A stretch of 64,000 nucleotides of DNA from Eledone cirrhosa (GCA_964016885.1 OZ024758.1:26784001-26848000), one strand, 5' to 3'; counted from the first letter of the stretch, positions 1-11,625 are shown. The notes: generated by a model not told the origin, from the letters alone. Numbers and translations are program-made.

Positions 1-245
1 AGGTGACGCAAACTATTTAGAAGCCAGTCAGCTGGAATGTACCTATGATTCAAATGACTAACCTAGTCACATTCTGTGTGACGCTGAATCTCCCTGAGAA
101 ATTCCGCTAAGGGTACACGTGTTTACGAAATACGCAGCCAGTTGTACGTTAATTTCATGAGTAAGCCGCTCCACGAGAACACTCGTAGAAACTGACGGAG
201 GTCCATTCTATATTTGAAATAATGCGATACTTTAGCAATTTTAAT

Positions 246-465
246 AATGGTTTCTTATTTAGGCACAAGGCCAGCAATTTGGGGGGGGAGGGAAAAGTCG
301 ATGAAATTGACCCCAGTGCGTGACTGGTACTTTATTTTTTTGACCCCGTAATGATGAAAGGCATAGTTAACCTCGACGGGATTTGAACTCAGATCATAAA
401 GGGCCGTGACTTTATGCAGCAAAGAATGGTGTCCGACCCTCTACCGATACTTCCAATCCACCGCC
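246..465 (-). mobile_element. SINE family B (tRNA-like head, (ATT)n tail), long form
   Basis: Minus strand reads GGCGGTGGATTGG..TCGGTAGAG (A box) and GAGTTCAAATCC (B box), then gcctttcatc..aagtacca..ggccttgtgcc..gaaac. Flanked by direct repeat tttagcaattttaataat (231-248 / 468-485). More than 20 copies in the window. Confidence 0.9.
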
Positions 466-482
466 TTTTTAGCAATTTTAAT

Positions 483-664
483 AATTGTTTCTACGTTTGG
501 CACAAGGCCAGCAATCACCCCAGTGCATTACTGGTACTTTATTTTATCAACCCCGTAAGGATGAAAGGCAAAGTTAACCTCGGCGGGATTTGAACTCAGA
601 TTGGCAAGGGCCGTAACTCTATGCGTCAAAGCATGGCGTCCGACTCTCTACCGATACTGCCAAT
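483..664 (-). mobile_element. SINE family B, short form
   Basis: Matches the other B copies but lacks the G-rich 'ttttggggg..gtcgattaaatcg' block. Confidence 0.9.
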
Positions 665-1197
665 TTAATGGTTTCTGGTTTAGGCAGAGTTTTCCAAACT
701 TTTCCCATTGGCGACACACTTTTTTAATAAATAAATAATTTAATGTCATATCACAAACCCGTAGACACGTGTCTAATTGTATGCTGAGTTCTCGTATCCG
801 AAATACCCTTTCACAGATAATTATTTGTAAAAAAATATTCATCAGAGATTTAACTTCGTTCTTGCGACACTCCTAGAGATTATAGACAACAGACTCTGCT
901 CTAGACTGTCTGGGTTTGTCTCTGATAAAACGAGTAGGGTGGGTAGGATAGTAGATGTTACTAGACTTGTGTGTGCGTGTGTGTGAATGAAATATTTTCC
1001 CACCCACAACTTTCTCTTATTGCCTATTTATACATGTGAACCAATTACCTTCAGGTACAATTATTTTTACACATTTTAGATCCATTTTCTATAGTTGATT
1101 GAATAAATTTGAAGAAGTATATTTACACTCGAATAAGCATCATGGTGACAAGTACAACTATAACTGTGTTCAGCTAACATCTAAATATTGCTTGCAT

Positions 1198-1567
1198 TTC
1201 TAAGGCGGGTAAAATTCCCGAGATCCATGGACGAGTTCTCTCCAGCGGTTTCTGTCCCTCATTATCGCTGCCATGTCCTGCGTCTCCAACAGACCAGTGT
1301 CTGTCCTTAGGGCATCAACATATGTTAACCTTGGTCTTCCTCTTCTAGTGTGTCCATGTAGGGGATCCCAAAGCAGCACTGAGTGCAATGTCAACTCTGG
1401 ATGTCGGTGAGCATGTCCAGCTAACCTCAGTCTCCTCTGTGTCACTTTTGAGCTGACTTTTGGGATGCTCCCATACAGCTCTGAGTTTTTCATCCTCAGT
1501 GTATACTGATTAATGTTCAGAGCCATCCTCAGCATTCTCGTGTAGCACCCATCCACCATCTCAGTGA
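1198..1567 (-). mobile_element. 5'-truncated RTE-group LINE fragment (ORF C-terminus)
   Basis: Translates as VDGCYTRMLRMALNI..RRLRLAGHAHRH..LLWDP..RRGRPRLTYVD..RDRNRWR, typical of RTE C-termini. 11-bp target duplication attgcttgcat at 1187-1197 and 1568-1578. Confidence 0.85.
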
Positions 1568-1629
1568 ATTGCTTGCATATATATAATTTTATGACCAATA
1601 AACTATTTAGATCCACTTCATATTTAATA

Positions 1630-2198
1630 CAGTGTCCTCCCGGCATTCGCGATCTCGGTTATTCGCGAAATTTTCTTTAGGACCTAACTAATTGTTTCTA
1701 CTTTAGGCACAAGGCCATCAATTTTGGGGGGAGGAGAAAGTCGATTAAATCGACCCAGTGTATTACTGGTACTTTATTTTATCGACCCCGTAAGGATGAA
1801 AGGCAAAGTTAACCGCGGTGGGATTTGAACTCAGATCATAAAGGGCCGTAACTCTATGCTGCAAAGCATGGCGTCCGACCTTCTACCGATACTGCCAATC
1901 CACCGCCCTTTTGGAACCTAACTAATAATTGTTCGTGGAAACCACCGCATATTCGCGGAATCGTAAATATCTTCCACGATCTTTTAATGTTTTTTTTTTT
2001 CGTTGCAATATTCTTTTTTTTCATTCTTTTTATGCTAAATTATTAATAACAATATACCGTATTTACCGGCCTATATTTTACGTTGTTTTGACGTTTATAT
2101 GCATTTCTATGGACCACGTCCAATATTCGCGGTTTTTCCACTCTTTGCGGGTGCTCTAGAAATGGGAACGTGACCCCCGCGAATACCGGGGACAACTG
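1630..2198. mobile_element. Tc1/mariner-pogo (Tigger-like) MITE with nested SINE B
   Basis: TA|CAGTGTCCTCCCGGCATTCGCG ... CGCGAATACCGGGGACAACTG|TA: imperfect TIRs with TA flanks. A related copy lies at 9053-10575. Confidence 0.8.
1690..1908 (-). mobile_element. SINE family B, long form, full length
   Basis: Full head to tail; flanking duplication 'acctaactaat' on both sides. Confidence 0.9.
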
Positions 2199-2407
2199 TA
2201 TATATGAATTCCTCAGAGAATATATACACATACAGCAGACATGGCTGTGTGGTTAAACACGTTCAGATTGCAGCCACATGTACATATATCTCAAGATAGA
2301 CTTATGTCCAATGAAGTCTGCTAGTAATTCAATTTCTTCATGAACTGAATGTCTCCGTTGCTATGTGAATAGATACAATCAAAAACATTTTTCCAGCCGA
2401 CACTTTA

Positions 2408-2505
2408 AAGGCAAAGTTAACCTCGACGGGATTTGAACTCAGACCTTAAAGGGCCGTAACTCTATGCTGCAAAGCATGACGTCTGACCCTCCACCGATAC
2501 TGCCA
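2408..2505 (-). mobile_element. SINE family B head fragment
   Basis: ggcaaagttaacctcgacgggatttgaactcag..ccgatactgcca matches the B head. Confidence 0.8.
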
Positions 2506-2832
2506 GTGTATTTGTCCGTCACAAGAGATGACTGAGGAAGGAAAGGGTGATGACAAACTGAGAAAGGAAGGGGTGGGAGCGTCCTCCAATATTCACTACA
2601 TCTGTGTTTGACTACATGTATAGCGATTTGCCTACATACATTGGCTGTTGTGAATAGATACGATCAAAAATATTTTTCCAGCCGACACTTTAAATGTTAT
2701 TTGTTCAATAATTTGTCCTTATAGTTCATATCACTTTACACTTGACGAATAACAAACCCTACGTGGCTTTCCTTTCATTCTTTGATTTCAAAACTATTTG
2801 CCCTTTTCACTATATGATAGAGAATTATGTAA

Positions 2833-3030
2833 TAATAATTTTTTCTACATTTGGCACAAGGCCAGCAATTTCGGGTAATGGGGGAAAGTCGATTAAATCG
2901 ATCCAATACAGGGCTGATATTTTATTGCATTGAGCCCAGAAATATGGAAAGCAAAGCTGATCTTGGCTGGATTTGAACTTAGAACCTAAAAAGCTGAGGT
3001 AATTATTGCTAAGCACTTCCCCGACATTCT
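2833..3030 (-). mobile_element. Diverged SINE family B
   Basis: ttggcacaaggccagcaattt..gtcgattaaatcga..ggatttgaact. Confidence 0.7.
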
Positions 3031-3195
3031 GTGACTTAAATTTATAGATAAAAGAAAGATAGGAAGCTGTGGTCTTCTTCCATTTCACAAGAACATAAGC
3101 GACATGGGTAAATTGGAGTTAATTTGAAATTAGAACCTATATATCTTGATTCATATCTTTTAAATTATAATTTAATTACCGTATGTATTCGAATA

Positions 3196-3356
3196 CAGTG
3201 AAATTTCGTTATAACGAAATTCACGGGGTATAAAAAAAAATTCGTTGTAACAAATTTTTCTTTACATCGAGATCAACCTGACACATCGAGCATGTGGCCG
3301 GGGATTGAAAAAAACTTCGTTCTACCTAAAATTTCGTTATAACGGAATTTTATCTG
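3196..3356. mobile_element. Short Tc1/mariner-type MITE
   Basis: TA|CAGTGAAATTTCGTTATAAC ... GTTATAACGGAATTTTATCTG; second copy at 4475-4646. Confidence 0.7.
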
Positions 3357-3699
3357 AATAAACCAACCTCACTATTTTATACCTGAGAAATGGACAAAAA
3401 TCCAAAACCTTATTTACGTAGAAATTGAAGTTGGTGAAAATGGTCAAAATATAGATCCCCAAATATGACGCTGCCCCTTCTCCATCGCCGCACTTCTACC
3501 ATCGATTTTTTTAGTCACATATCCCTCAGCTTATATTCGAATATATATATATATATAGTACAATAATTTATTGAGTTGACAAAAGTTTCTCAGCAAATAG
3601 ATTTAGGTACTTACAAGGTCTGTAGTAAAATATGAGTATTTCAATAATGATATCTTTGAGAAACATAACACCTCTTATTTATAAAGGAGTAAAAATAAC

Positions 3700-3846
3700 G
3701 CTTTGACGCATAGAGTTACGGCCCTTGCCATTCTGTGTTCAAATCTCGCCGAGGTTAACTTTGCCTTTCATCCTTACGGAGTGGATAAAAGTACCAGTAA
3801 TACACTGGGTTATTGCTGGCCTTGTGCCTAACGTAGAAACAATTAT
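3700..3846 (+). mobile_element. SINE family B, 5'-truncated
   Basis: gttcaaatctcgccgaggttaactttgcctttcatcc..ggccttgtgcctaacgtagaaacaattat. Confidence 0.85.
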
Positions 3847-3859
3847 ATAGATAGAAAGT

Positions 3860-4160
3860 CGTTAGAACGTCAGATAGAATGCTTGTGGAATTCGTTTCGG
3901 TTCTCTTCTCTCTGAGTTCAAATCCTACCGAGGTCAACTTTGTCTTACATCCATGCGAGGTCGATAAAAAAAAAGTACCAGTCAAGTACTGGGGTCGATT
4001 CTTCTTCTATATCTCTTTCTCACTTCCATTCTCTCACTCTTTTTATCCTTCTCTGGAAAAAAAAAAAAAAATCTGCAGTATTTAGATTTAGAGCGGAGAT
4101 GGGCTCCGCTGGGTTTTAAAAAGTGCCCTAGAAACGGTGTATGTCAACACAAGCACCCTG
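3860..4160 (+). mobile_element. SINE family D (B-like head and body, different 3' part)
   Basis: Shares gagttcaaatcc..gaggtcaactttg..gtcgataaa..aagtaccagt with B, then continues cttctatatctctttctca..aaatctgc..gatgggctc..aaacg.tgtatgtcaa. Paralogues at 30730-31030 and 38240-38470. Confidence 0.75.
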
Positions 4161-4441
4161 TGAGTTACGGGACTCCCTTATGAGTTATTTGTGCATACTA
4201 ATGCAAAATTAACATTGAGGAAAATTCATGCTTTTCTCAAGATTATTAGCAATGTAACTGTTACATTTTAAAAAATCTGCTGTATTTAGATTTAGAGCGG
4301 AGATGGGCTCCACCAGGTTTTAAAAGTGCCCTAGAAACGCTGTGCTTTTTCGTAAGTTATTGGACCATGCTAATGCAAAAATAACATCGTGGAAAATTCA
4401 TGCTTTTCCCAAGATTATTAGCAATGTAACTGTTACATTTA
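4068..4441. repeat. Local tandem duplication (~200 bp, second copy internally deleted)
   Basis: aaaatctgc.gtatttagatttagagcggagatgggctcc and caagattattagcaatgtaactgttacattt each occur twice. Confidence 0.85.
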
Positions 4442-4474
4442 TTGCCCTGTGGTGATGATTGATGTTTATTCATA

Positions 4475-4646
4475 CAGTGACATCCGTTGTAAGGAAATTC
4501 ACGGGGTATTAAAAGAGATTCGTTGTAACGGAAAATTCTTTATCACGAGATCGACCGAAACCCATCGAGCGTTTGTTTGTTATTACCTCGGAAATTGAAA
4601 AAAAATTCGTTAAACTTAAAAATTTGTTATAACGGAATTTTACCTG
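4475..4646. mobile_element. Short Tc1/mariner-type MITE
   Basis: TA|CAGTGACATCCGTTGTAA ... TTATAACGGAATTTTACCTG|TA; paralogue of 3196-3356. Confidence 0.75.
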
Positions 4647-4880
4647 TATTGTTATCATCATTTTACGATGTCTTAACATGCTGGGTGGCGTTGCTAACAT
4701 CGGTAAGTTCTATTAACAATGCCAGGTGATATAATTAATTGTGTGTCTTCTAACTTTGTGGAGTCATGTTCTTTTAAAACAGGGGTTCAAACTTCCTGTG
4801 CCCCCGCCCCTCACGACCACCTAATACCCTCAGCGCCCAACCCCTATTTCCAGAGAGACCTGCCTACTTGCAAATTGTAA

Positions 4881-5046
4881 ATAATTGTTTCTACTTTAGG
4901 CACAAGGCCAGCAATTATCCCAGTGTATTACTGGTACTTTATTTTATCAACCCTGTAAGGATGGAAGGCAAAGTGAACCCTTGTGGGATTTGAACTCAGA
5001 CGGTAAAGGGCCGTAACTATGCTGCAAAGCATGGTCTCCGACCCTC
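4881..5046 (-). mobile_element. SINE family B
   Basis: Matches the other B copies. Confidence 0.85.
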
Positions 5047-5082
5047 GTTGATCTATATATAATAAATAATATAATATATACT

Positions 5083-5388
5083 ATGGAGGCACATCGAAAG
5101 GTTGTGAGTTCAATTATCAGACCGGGTGATGTGTTGTTTCCTTGAGCAAGACACTTTATTTCACATTGCTCCAGTTTACTCAGCTGTAGAAATGAGATGA
5201 TAGGACTGGGGTCCCTATCATTCCACTCCAAAGTGGTCGTGGAAGTGCCACGGCAAAAAAGCACCCAGCATTCACTGTAAATGAGGTTGGTGTTAGGAAG
5301 GGCATCCAGCTGTAGAAATCAAGCCAGAATCAGTTCCCATCCCACCCTTGCAAGCAGGGAAAAGCGGACGTAAAATGATGATGATGAT
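5083..5388 (+). mobile_element. SINE family A (tRNA head, CORE-like domain, RTE 3' tail), A box deleted
   Basis: ccttgagcaagacactttatttcacattgctccagtttactcagctgtagaaatg resembles the MIR/CORE domain. Then the 49-bp module, aggaagggcatccagctgtagaaa and a (GAT)n tail. Confidence 0.9.
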
Positions 5389-5918
5389 ACTATGTATAAA
5401 TAAATATTATATTCTTTTATTTTATTTTACTATATTTATATATAGTATGTATCATTTGATATTTAATATACTATTAGATCATCTCTAGCTACCCTCTTCG
5501 CTACCTTAGACCCCCCCCCCCCCTGGACCTTCTCAATGACCGGGGGAGAGGGGAGGGAAGCGTCCACTTTGAGAACTTCTGTTTTAAAATCTCCCCTCTT
5601 CCATAATAGCTATTAAATGAATGAGCAAGTTAGAATATCTTCCACAGCCTGTGTCTACATCTGTTTATATACTTCCATGTTACAAGCTTGCACAAGCTAT
5701 TATAGTATTTCTGGTTTGTTAGTAAATTAGAACACACCTTACCTGACCTTGGTATCAAGGGTGGGGTTTTTTTTGGTTTTTTTAGTAGCAACAGCTTGTT
5801 GCAAGTGCATAAGAACTTATGAAAGTGTACCTGTACTAATGAATTAATAATGAATTTCTAATTTTATAAATTCATAAATATGCATATGATCACACTTAGC
5901 AATATTAGTTAAAATATT

Positions 5919-6100
5919 ATAATTGTTTCTGCTTTTGGCACAAGGCCAGCAATTACCCCAGTGCATTACTGGTACTTTATTTTATCGATCCTGTAAGGAT
6001 GAAAGGCAAAGTTAACCTCAGTGAGATTTGAACTCAGAACGTAAAGGGACATTACTCTATGCTGCAAAGCATGGTGTCTAACGCTCTACCGATAATGCAA
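5919..6100 (-). mobile_element. SINE family B
   Basis: Matches the other B copies. Confidence 0.85.
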
Positions 6101-6119
6101 TGCATTCATTAGCTAGATA

Positions 6120-6286
6120 GTTATGGTGGTTGGCTTTTAAGTTCATAGGCTGACCAAGATACTCTCATGGAAAGAAACAATTGCAGTTATTAATAAGAAG
6201 AGTTGAAATTATCATATGCAAGATTTCACAGCTCTTGCATCACTCTTTCATAGTCAGCGTATACACTTTTCAGCTGAACCTCATAT
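6120..6286. mobile_element. Degenerate mariner-like MITE
   Basis: ggctgaccaagatactctcatggaa..gcagttattaataagaagagttgaaatt..cttttcagctgaacctcata. Paralogues at 40860 (starts TA|CGAGG) and 52272. Confidence 0.55.
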
Positions 6287-6395
6287 AATGTTTTAGAGAC
6301 TTACGGATTGTTGAAAGCAACTTATAAATTACTCTTGGCGTGATGCTTTTTCTTTTAATATGGAGTCTTTAGAGAACTTCATCAGCAGAAGGTAG

Positions 6396-6840
6396 ATGGC
6401 TTAGTGGTTAGGGAATTGGATTTGCAATCGTGAGGTTGCGAGTTTGATTCCCAGACCAGGTGATGTGTTATGTCCTTGAGCTAAACACTTTATTTCTCAT
6501 TGCTCTTTCAATTGTGAGGTTGTGGGTTTGATTCCCAGACTGGATGATGCATTATGTCCTTGAGCTAAACACTTTATTTCTCATTGCTCTTTCAATTGTG
6601 AGGTTGTGGGTTTGATTCCCAGACTGGATGATGCATTATGTCCTTGAGCTAAACACTTTATTTCTCATTGCTCTTTCAATTGTGAGGTTGAGGGTTTGAT
6701 TCCCAGACTGGATGATGCATTATGTCCTTGAGCTAAACACTTTATTTCTCATTGCTCTTTCTGCCAGGAGGTGCAACTGGTAGATAGTATCAGCGATGGA
6801 AAGACCAATGGAAACATTGCTTCCTTGGTCTGATTTGACA
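6396..6840 (+). mobile_element. SINE family C (tRNA head, CORE-like, distinct tail) with internal 84-bp tandem amplification
   Basis: A box TGGCTTAGTGG; 'ctaaacac' recurs at 6481, 6565, 6649 and 6733. Tail ggaaagaccaatggaaacattg..ggtctgatttgac is shared with the copies at 45505 and 51256. Confidence 0.85.
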
Positions 6841-7151
6841 TCCACCCCCACTTGATAAACAAATGAGGTCTGGGATCTTGATCAGTTTGATCATCAGTAG
6901 ATACTTTACAATTTGAATGCTGGCAAAATATAAATCTGTGTGCAAGGTTTTTACCATCCCTGTTCTAAATAATACAGAAATCAATCCACCAATATGTTTG
7001 GTAAAATAGATAGTTAAGCGTTCATTCAATGAAGTCAAATTCTGATTCATAGAAATTATTAAACTGAATGGATGAATGAATGTTTTTTACCATTTAACCA
7101 AACATCCGCTGTTGAAATCATTGTGTTGTTTCTTACAGACAACGCATTGTA

Positions 7152-8546
7152 ATATATTTTATACATTAGGAGCTAGTATTAGAGACAAAATAACATTTTT
7201 ATAACTGCTGTAACCAGTTGCTCATACTTATGTTATGGTATTGTTCTCTCAATGAATAATATCAAAATCTCATAGATTTGATATTATATATTTTATTATA
7301 TATTTTACACATTAGGAGCTAGTATTAGAGACAAAATAACATCTACCTTTAACCTTTTAGCATTTAAACCAGTCGTATTCACCCAGAATTCTCTCACCTC
7401 TTTCTGTTTAAACCTGCAGTAACCAGTTGCTCATACTTATGTTATGGTATTGTTCTCTCAATGAATAATATCAAAATCTCATAGATTTGATATTATATAT
7501 TTTATTATATATTTTACACATTAGGAGCTAGTATTAGAGACAAAATAACATCTACCTTTAACCTTTTAGCATTTAAACCAGTCGTATTCACCCAGAATTC
7601 TCTCACCTCTTTCTGTTTAAACCTGCAGTAACCAGTTGCTCATACTTATGTTATGGTATTGTTCTCTCAATGAATAATATCAAAATCTCATAGATTTGAT
7701 ATTATATATTTTATTATATATTTTACACATTAGGAGCTAGTATTAGAGACAAAATAACATCTACCTTTAACCTTTTAGCATTTAAACCAGTCGTATTCAC
7801 CCAGAATTCTCTCACCTCTTTCTGTTTAAACCTGCAGTAACCAGTTGCTCATACTTATGTTATGGTATTGTTCTCTCAATGAATAATATCAAAATCTCAT
7901 AGATTTGATATTATATATTTTATTATATATTTTACACATTAGGAGCTAGTATTAGAGACAAAATAACATCTACCTTTAACCTTTTAGCATTTAAACCAGT
8001 CGTATTCACCCAGAATTCTCTCACCTCTTTCTGTTTAAACCTGCAGTAACCAGTTGCTCATACTTATGTTATGGTATTGCTCTCTCAATGAATAATATCA
8101 AAATCTCATAGATTTGATATTATATATTTTATTATATATTTTACACATTAGGAGCTAGTATTAGAGACAAAATAACATCTACCTTTAACCTTTTAGCATT
8201 TAAACCAGTCGTATTCACCCAGAATTCTCTCACCTCTTTCTGTTTAAACCTGCAGTAACCAGTTGCTCATACTTATGTTATGGTATTGTTCTCTAAATGA
8301 ATAATATCAAAATCTCATAGATTTGATATTATATATTTTATTATATATTTTACACATTAGGAGCTAGTATTAGAGACAAAATAACATTTTTATAACTGCT
8401 GTAACCAGTTGCTCTTACTTATGTTATGGTATTGTTCTCTCAATGAATAATATCAAAATCTCATAGATTTGATATTATGTGAGATAAAGCCTTTACCATA
8501 AACACACAATAATAAATATCAAGTAATGTAAATACTAAAGGGTTAA
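7152..8546. repeat. 209-bp tandem array derived from a piggyBac-like MITE plus flank (about 6 units)
   Basis: tttaaccttttagcatttaaacc at 7348, 7557, 7766, 7975 and 8184. The array ends in the MITE right end aaatactaaagggttaa. Confidence 0.92.
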
Positions 8547-9230
8547 AAGTACTTGTTCTAATGACTCATACAAATCATCCAAGCTCCATTCAACACATAC
8601 TACTAACATGGAAATCATAAGATTTATATTTATATCAAGTTTGGTATCAAAGGCTTTCAGTTTTAATTAGCTCCTCTGGTTTGTTTGTTTTTATTTTTGT
8701 CGTTTCATTCAATATCTATCATCTCTTCCCATAGGAGAAACATCTAAATAAATAAAAGAAAAGGCTGAGTAAAGTAATGGGTGTTCTAATCTTGAAAGAG
8801 AAAGGCATGAAATGTTTGCTTTCAACAGGAATCGTGTTGTTGAACCCTAGTCTTGATTAACTATCATACATAGAGAAGAAAAAGTAGAATTATCTGAGAA
8901 ACTTTCTGCTGAAAGAAGAAACTGTTTAATCTGTGATATATGTTGCAACAAAGTAAAAGACGTAAGAGTTGGCATTTCAATGTTGTTTCATTTTATGCCA
9001 TTGTTTACTTCAGTGGTTCACTTCTTGCTGGATATTTTCAAATTACTAATTACAGTAGTCCCCCAGTATTTGCGAGGAGTTCGTTCCTAGAGCACACCCG
9101 TAAAGAGTGAAAAACCGCAAATATTGGATATGGTCCATAAAAATGCTCATGAATGTCAAAATATAGCGTAAAATATAATAAATATATGTGAAGGGGCTTC
9201 TAATAGGCTGGCAAATAGGGTATATTGTTA

Positions 9231-9963
9231 TTAAGCCTTTAGCATTTAAACCGGCCATATCTGGACAGAATTCTCTCACTCCTTTCTGTTTAACAAGTAT
9301 GTTGTTCCAATATACTTGTTATACAGATAGTTGCTCTTTTGTAATATTGATTTCTTTATTAGCCACAAGGGCGCAACAAGAAAGGGGACAATACAAAGAC
9401 ATGCCGGGGATTTTACATACAGTCGTGTAAAAAATATAAAAACAAACAATTTCAACAATCGAAATCCCCAATAGGGGGGAGGCGCCACAAATGGGTTGTT
9501 TAATACCCCGTCGATAGAACAACCCTCAACTCAAGGAGCGTGTTGTGCAAGTGCTCCTTTCTTCCTTTTGCTCTCTTCCTCAACCTACAGGCTTATAAAC
9601 AGAGAAGGCCCAATCACTCGGGCCATTTTCGCTTCATTCACCCACCTTTCGGTAAATTTACTGGGGTGCAGTGCCTCTCTCTCCACCCTGATTCTCCTTG
9701 TAATATTGAAAGTTGTCTTCTTCTAAAGAGATTACTTAACCCTTTACCAATTAAACAGGCTGTATCCGGCCAGAATTCTCTCACCTCTTTCTATTCAAAC
9801 CAGCTGTAACTGGCCACTGATACTGATGTTAAGATATTGTTCTTAAGATAAATAACATCAGAATCTTGGTGATTCGATATTATGTGAGATAATTATGTGA
9901 GGTAAAGCCTTTACCACAAAAATACCAGAGTATATATAGAGTAATGTAAATGCTAAAGGGTTT
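9231..9963. mobile_element. piggyBac-like (TTAA) MITE, compound, interrupted by a LINE fragment
   Basis: TTAA-(g/c)cctttagcatttaaac ... taaatgctaaaggg termini; body shared with copies at 13995, 26219, 28854 and 47323. Confidence 0.75.
9351..9697 (-). mobile_element. 5'-truncated non-LTR retrotransposon 3' end (L1/Tx1-like, clade tentative)
   Basis: Minus frame RRIRVEREALHPSKFTERWVNEAKMARVIGPSLFISL*, then a 3' UTR ending cccttgtggctaataaagaaa. 12-bp target duplication ttgtaatattga at 9339-9350 and 9698-9709. Homologues at 58835, 59909 and 60326. Confidence 0.8.
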
Positions 9964-10046
9964 TAATAAAGTCTATAGGCTAAAGTTTAAAGCACTCGAC
10001 GCATTCACAATTTCAATTTGTGATCATTAATAATTCCTGTTTCATA

Positions 10047-10406
10047 TTAACCCTTTACCATTTAAACTGGCCATATCTGACCAGAATTCTCCCACCTTTT
10101 TGTTCAAACTGGCTGTAACCAGGTATTGTTCTCAAAATAAGTACTTGCAAAATCTCATAGATTCGATATTATGTGAGATAATTATGCGAGGTAAAGCCTT
10201 TACCATGAAAATATAATAGTATATATAGAGTAATGTGAATGCTAAGGGTTAAACCAGCCATAACCGGCTGCTCATACTTAAGTTAAGGTATTGTTCTGAA
10301 AATAAATAATATCAAAATCTCGTAGATTCGATATTATGTGAGATAAAGCCTTTACCATGAAAATACAATAGTATATATAGAATCATGTAAATGCTAAAGG
10401 ATTAAT
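10047..10406. mobile_element. piggyBac-like MITE plus partial tandem copy
   Basis: ttaaccctttaccatttaaac ... gctaagggttaa, then a second body ending gctaaaggattaa. Confidence 0.75.
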
Positions 10407-10956
10407 AATTTAACGTTAAAAAATATATATATATTGACATAAAAAAATTGCGGAACATATATACACTCCTGCACGAATAAGCGATGATTTCCACGAAACA
10501 ATTATTAGTTGGGTTCTAAGGAAAATTCTGCAAATAACCGGGACTGAATGCTGTCGGGGGTGGGTGGCTACACTGTATTTCTGTAAAGCAGTTTATTCAC
10601 AAGAGATGTTTGGATGATGTGTTTGTCAGATAATCAAGCTTCAGGAATAGACAGATGGAGGAGATAACATTTGTGATAAATTTTGCAAGCTGGATCCAAC
10701 ATTTATGGTCTGGTGGTGTACTGTGTGTATGTTGACAGAGAGAGAAAAGGAAAGTAGGAAGATGTCTGTTTATATGGGTGAGTGTAAGTGTGTTTATTAG
10801 AAGGAGGATGTGCATGATGTAGAGAAAGAGTGATGGACGTAAGTAATTATATATTTATGAAAGAGTTTAGAAATGTGTATATGGGGCTGGTATGATATAT
10901 GCATATGTATTTCTCTCTCTATCACTCTCTCTCTCTCTCTCTATGTATCATCATCA

Positions 10957-11000
<44 letters not shown>

Positions 11001-11095
11001 CATAAATATACATATATATATATACATACATAAATATACATATATATATATACATACATAAATATACATATATATATATATATACATATATATAC

Positions 11096-11144
<49 letters not shown>

Positions 11145-11289
11145 CATATATATATACATATATATATATATACATGATATATATATATATATATACATGA
11201 TATATATATATATATATATACATGATATATATATATATATACATGATATATATATATATATATATATACATGATATATATATATATACA

Positions 11290-11342
<53 letters not shown>

Positions 11343-11345
<3 letters not shown>

Positions 11346-11407
11346 GGTGTCCCAAAAAGATTTCAACACCATTCTAATATAAATGTGTATAAATTTTTTG
11401 GGACACC

Positions 11408-11410
<3 letters not shown>
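11343..11410. mobile_element. 68-bp minimal Tc1/mariner MITE
   Basis: TA|CAGGGTGTCCCAAAAA ... TTTTTGGGACACCCTG|TA: perfect 16-bp TIRs inside (TA)n. Confidence 0.85.
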
Positions 11411-11467
<57 letters not shown>

Positions 11468-11550
11468 ATGTATGTGTGTATATATATATATATGTGTGTG
11501 TGTGTATATGTATGTGTGTATATATATGTGTGTGTGTATGTGTATATATA

Positions 11551-11581
<31 letters not shown>

Positions 11582-11584
11582 ATG

Positions 11585-11625
<41 letters not shown>

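Larger units (their letters stand above)
4780..5581. mobile_element. hAT-type MITE carrying two nested SINEs
   Basis: CAGGGGTTCAAAC ... CACTTTGAGAACTTCTG with 8-bp direct repeat TTTTAAAA at 4772-4779 and 5582-5589. Confidence 0.7.
9053..10575. mobile_element. Tigger-like MITE split by nested insertions
   Basis: TA|CAGTAGTCCCCCAGTATTTGCG at the left and ..CACTG|TA at the right. Both halves are reverse-complement homologues of 1630-2198. Confidence 0.7.

Noticed and set aside
1-205. Probable SINE/LINE tail segments here and at 25905-26020, 39300-39365, 46930-47145 and 54790-54940
   Set aside because: They resemble repeats I recall, but each is single-copy in this window with no diagnostic termini, so they cannot be supported without a library search.
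1568-1646. N-terminal part of the 148-aa ORF 1200-1646
   Set aside because: Lies outside the target duplication and runs into a MITE terminus, so the start codon is accidental.
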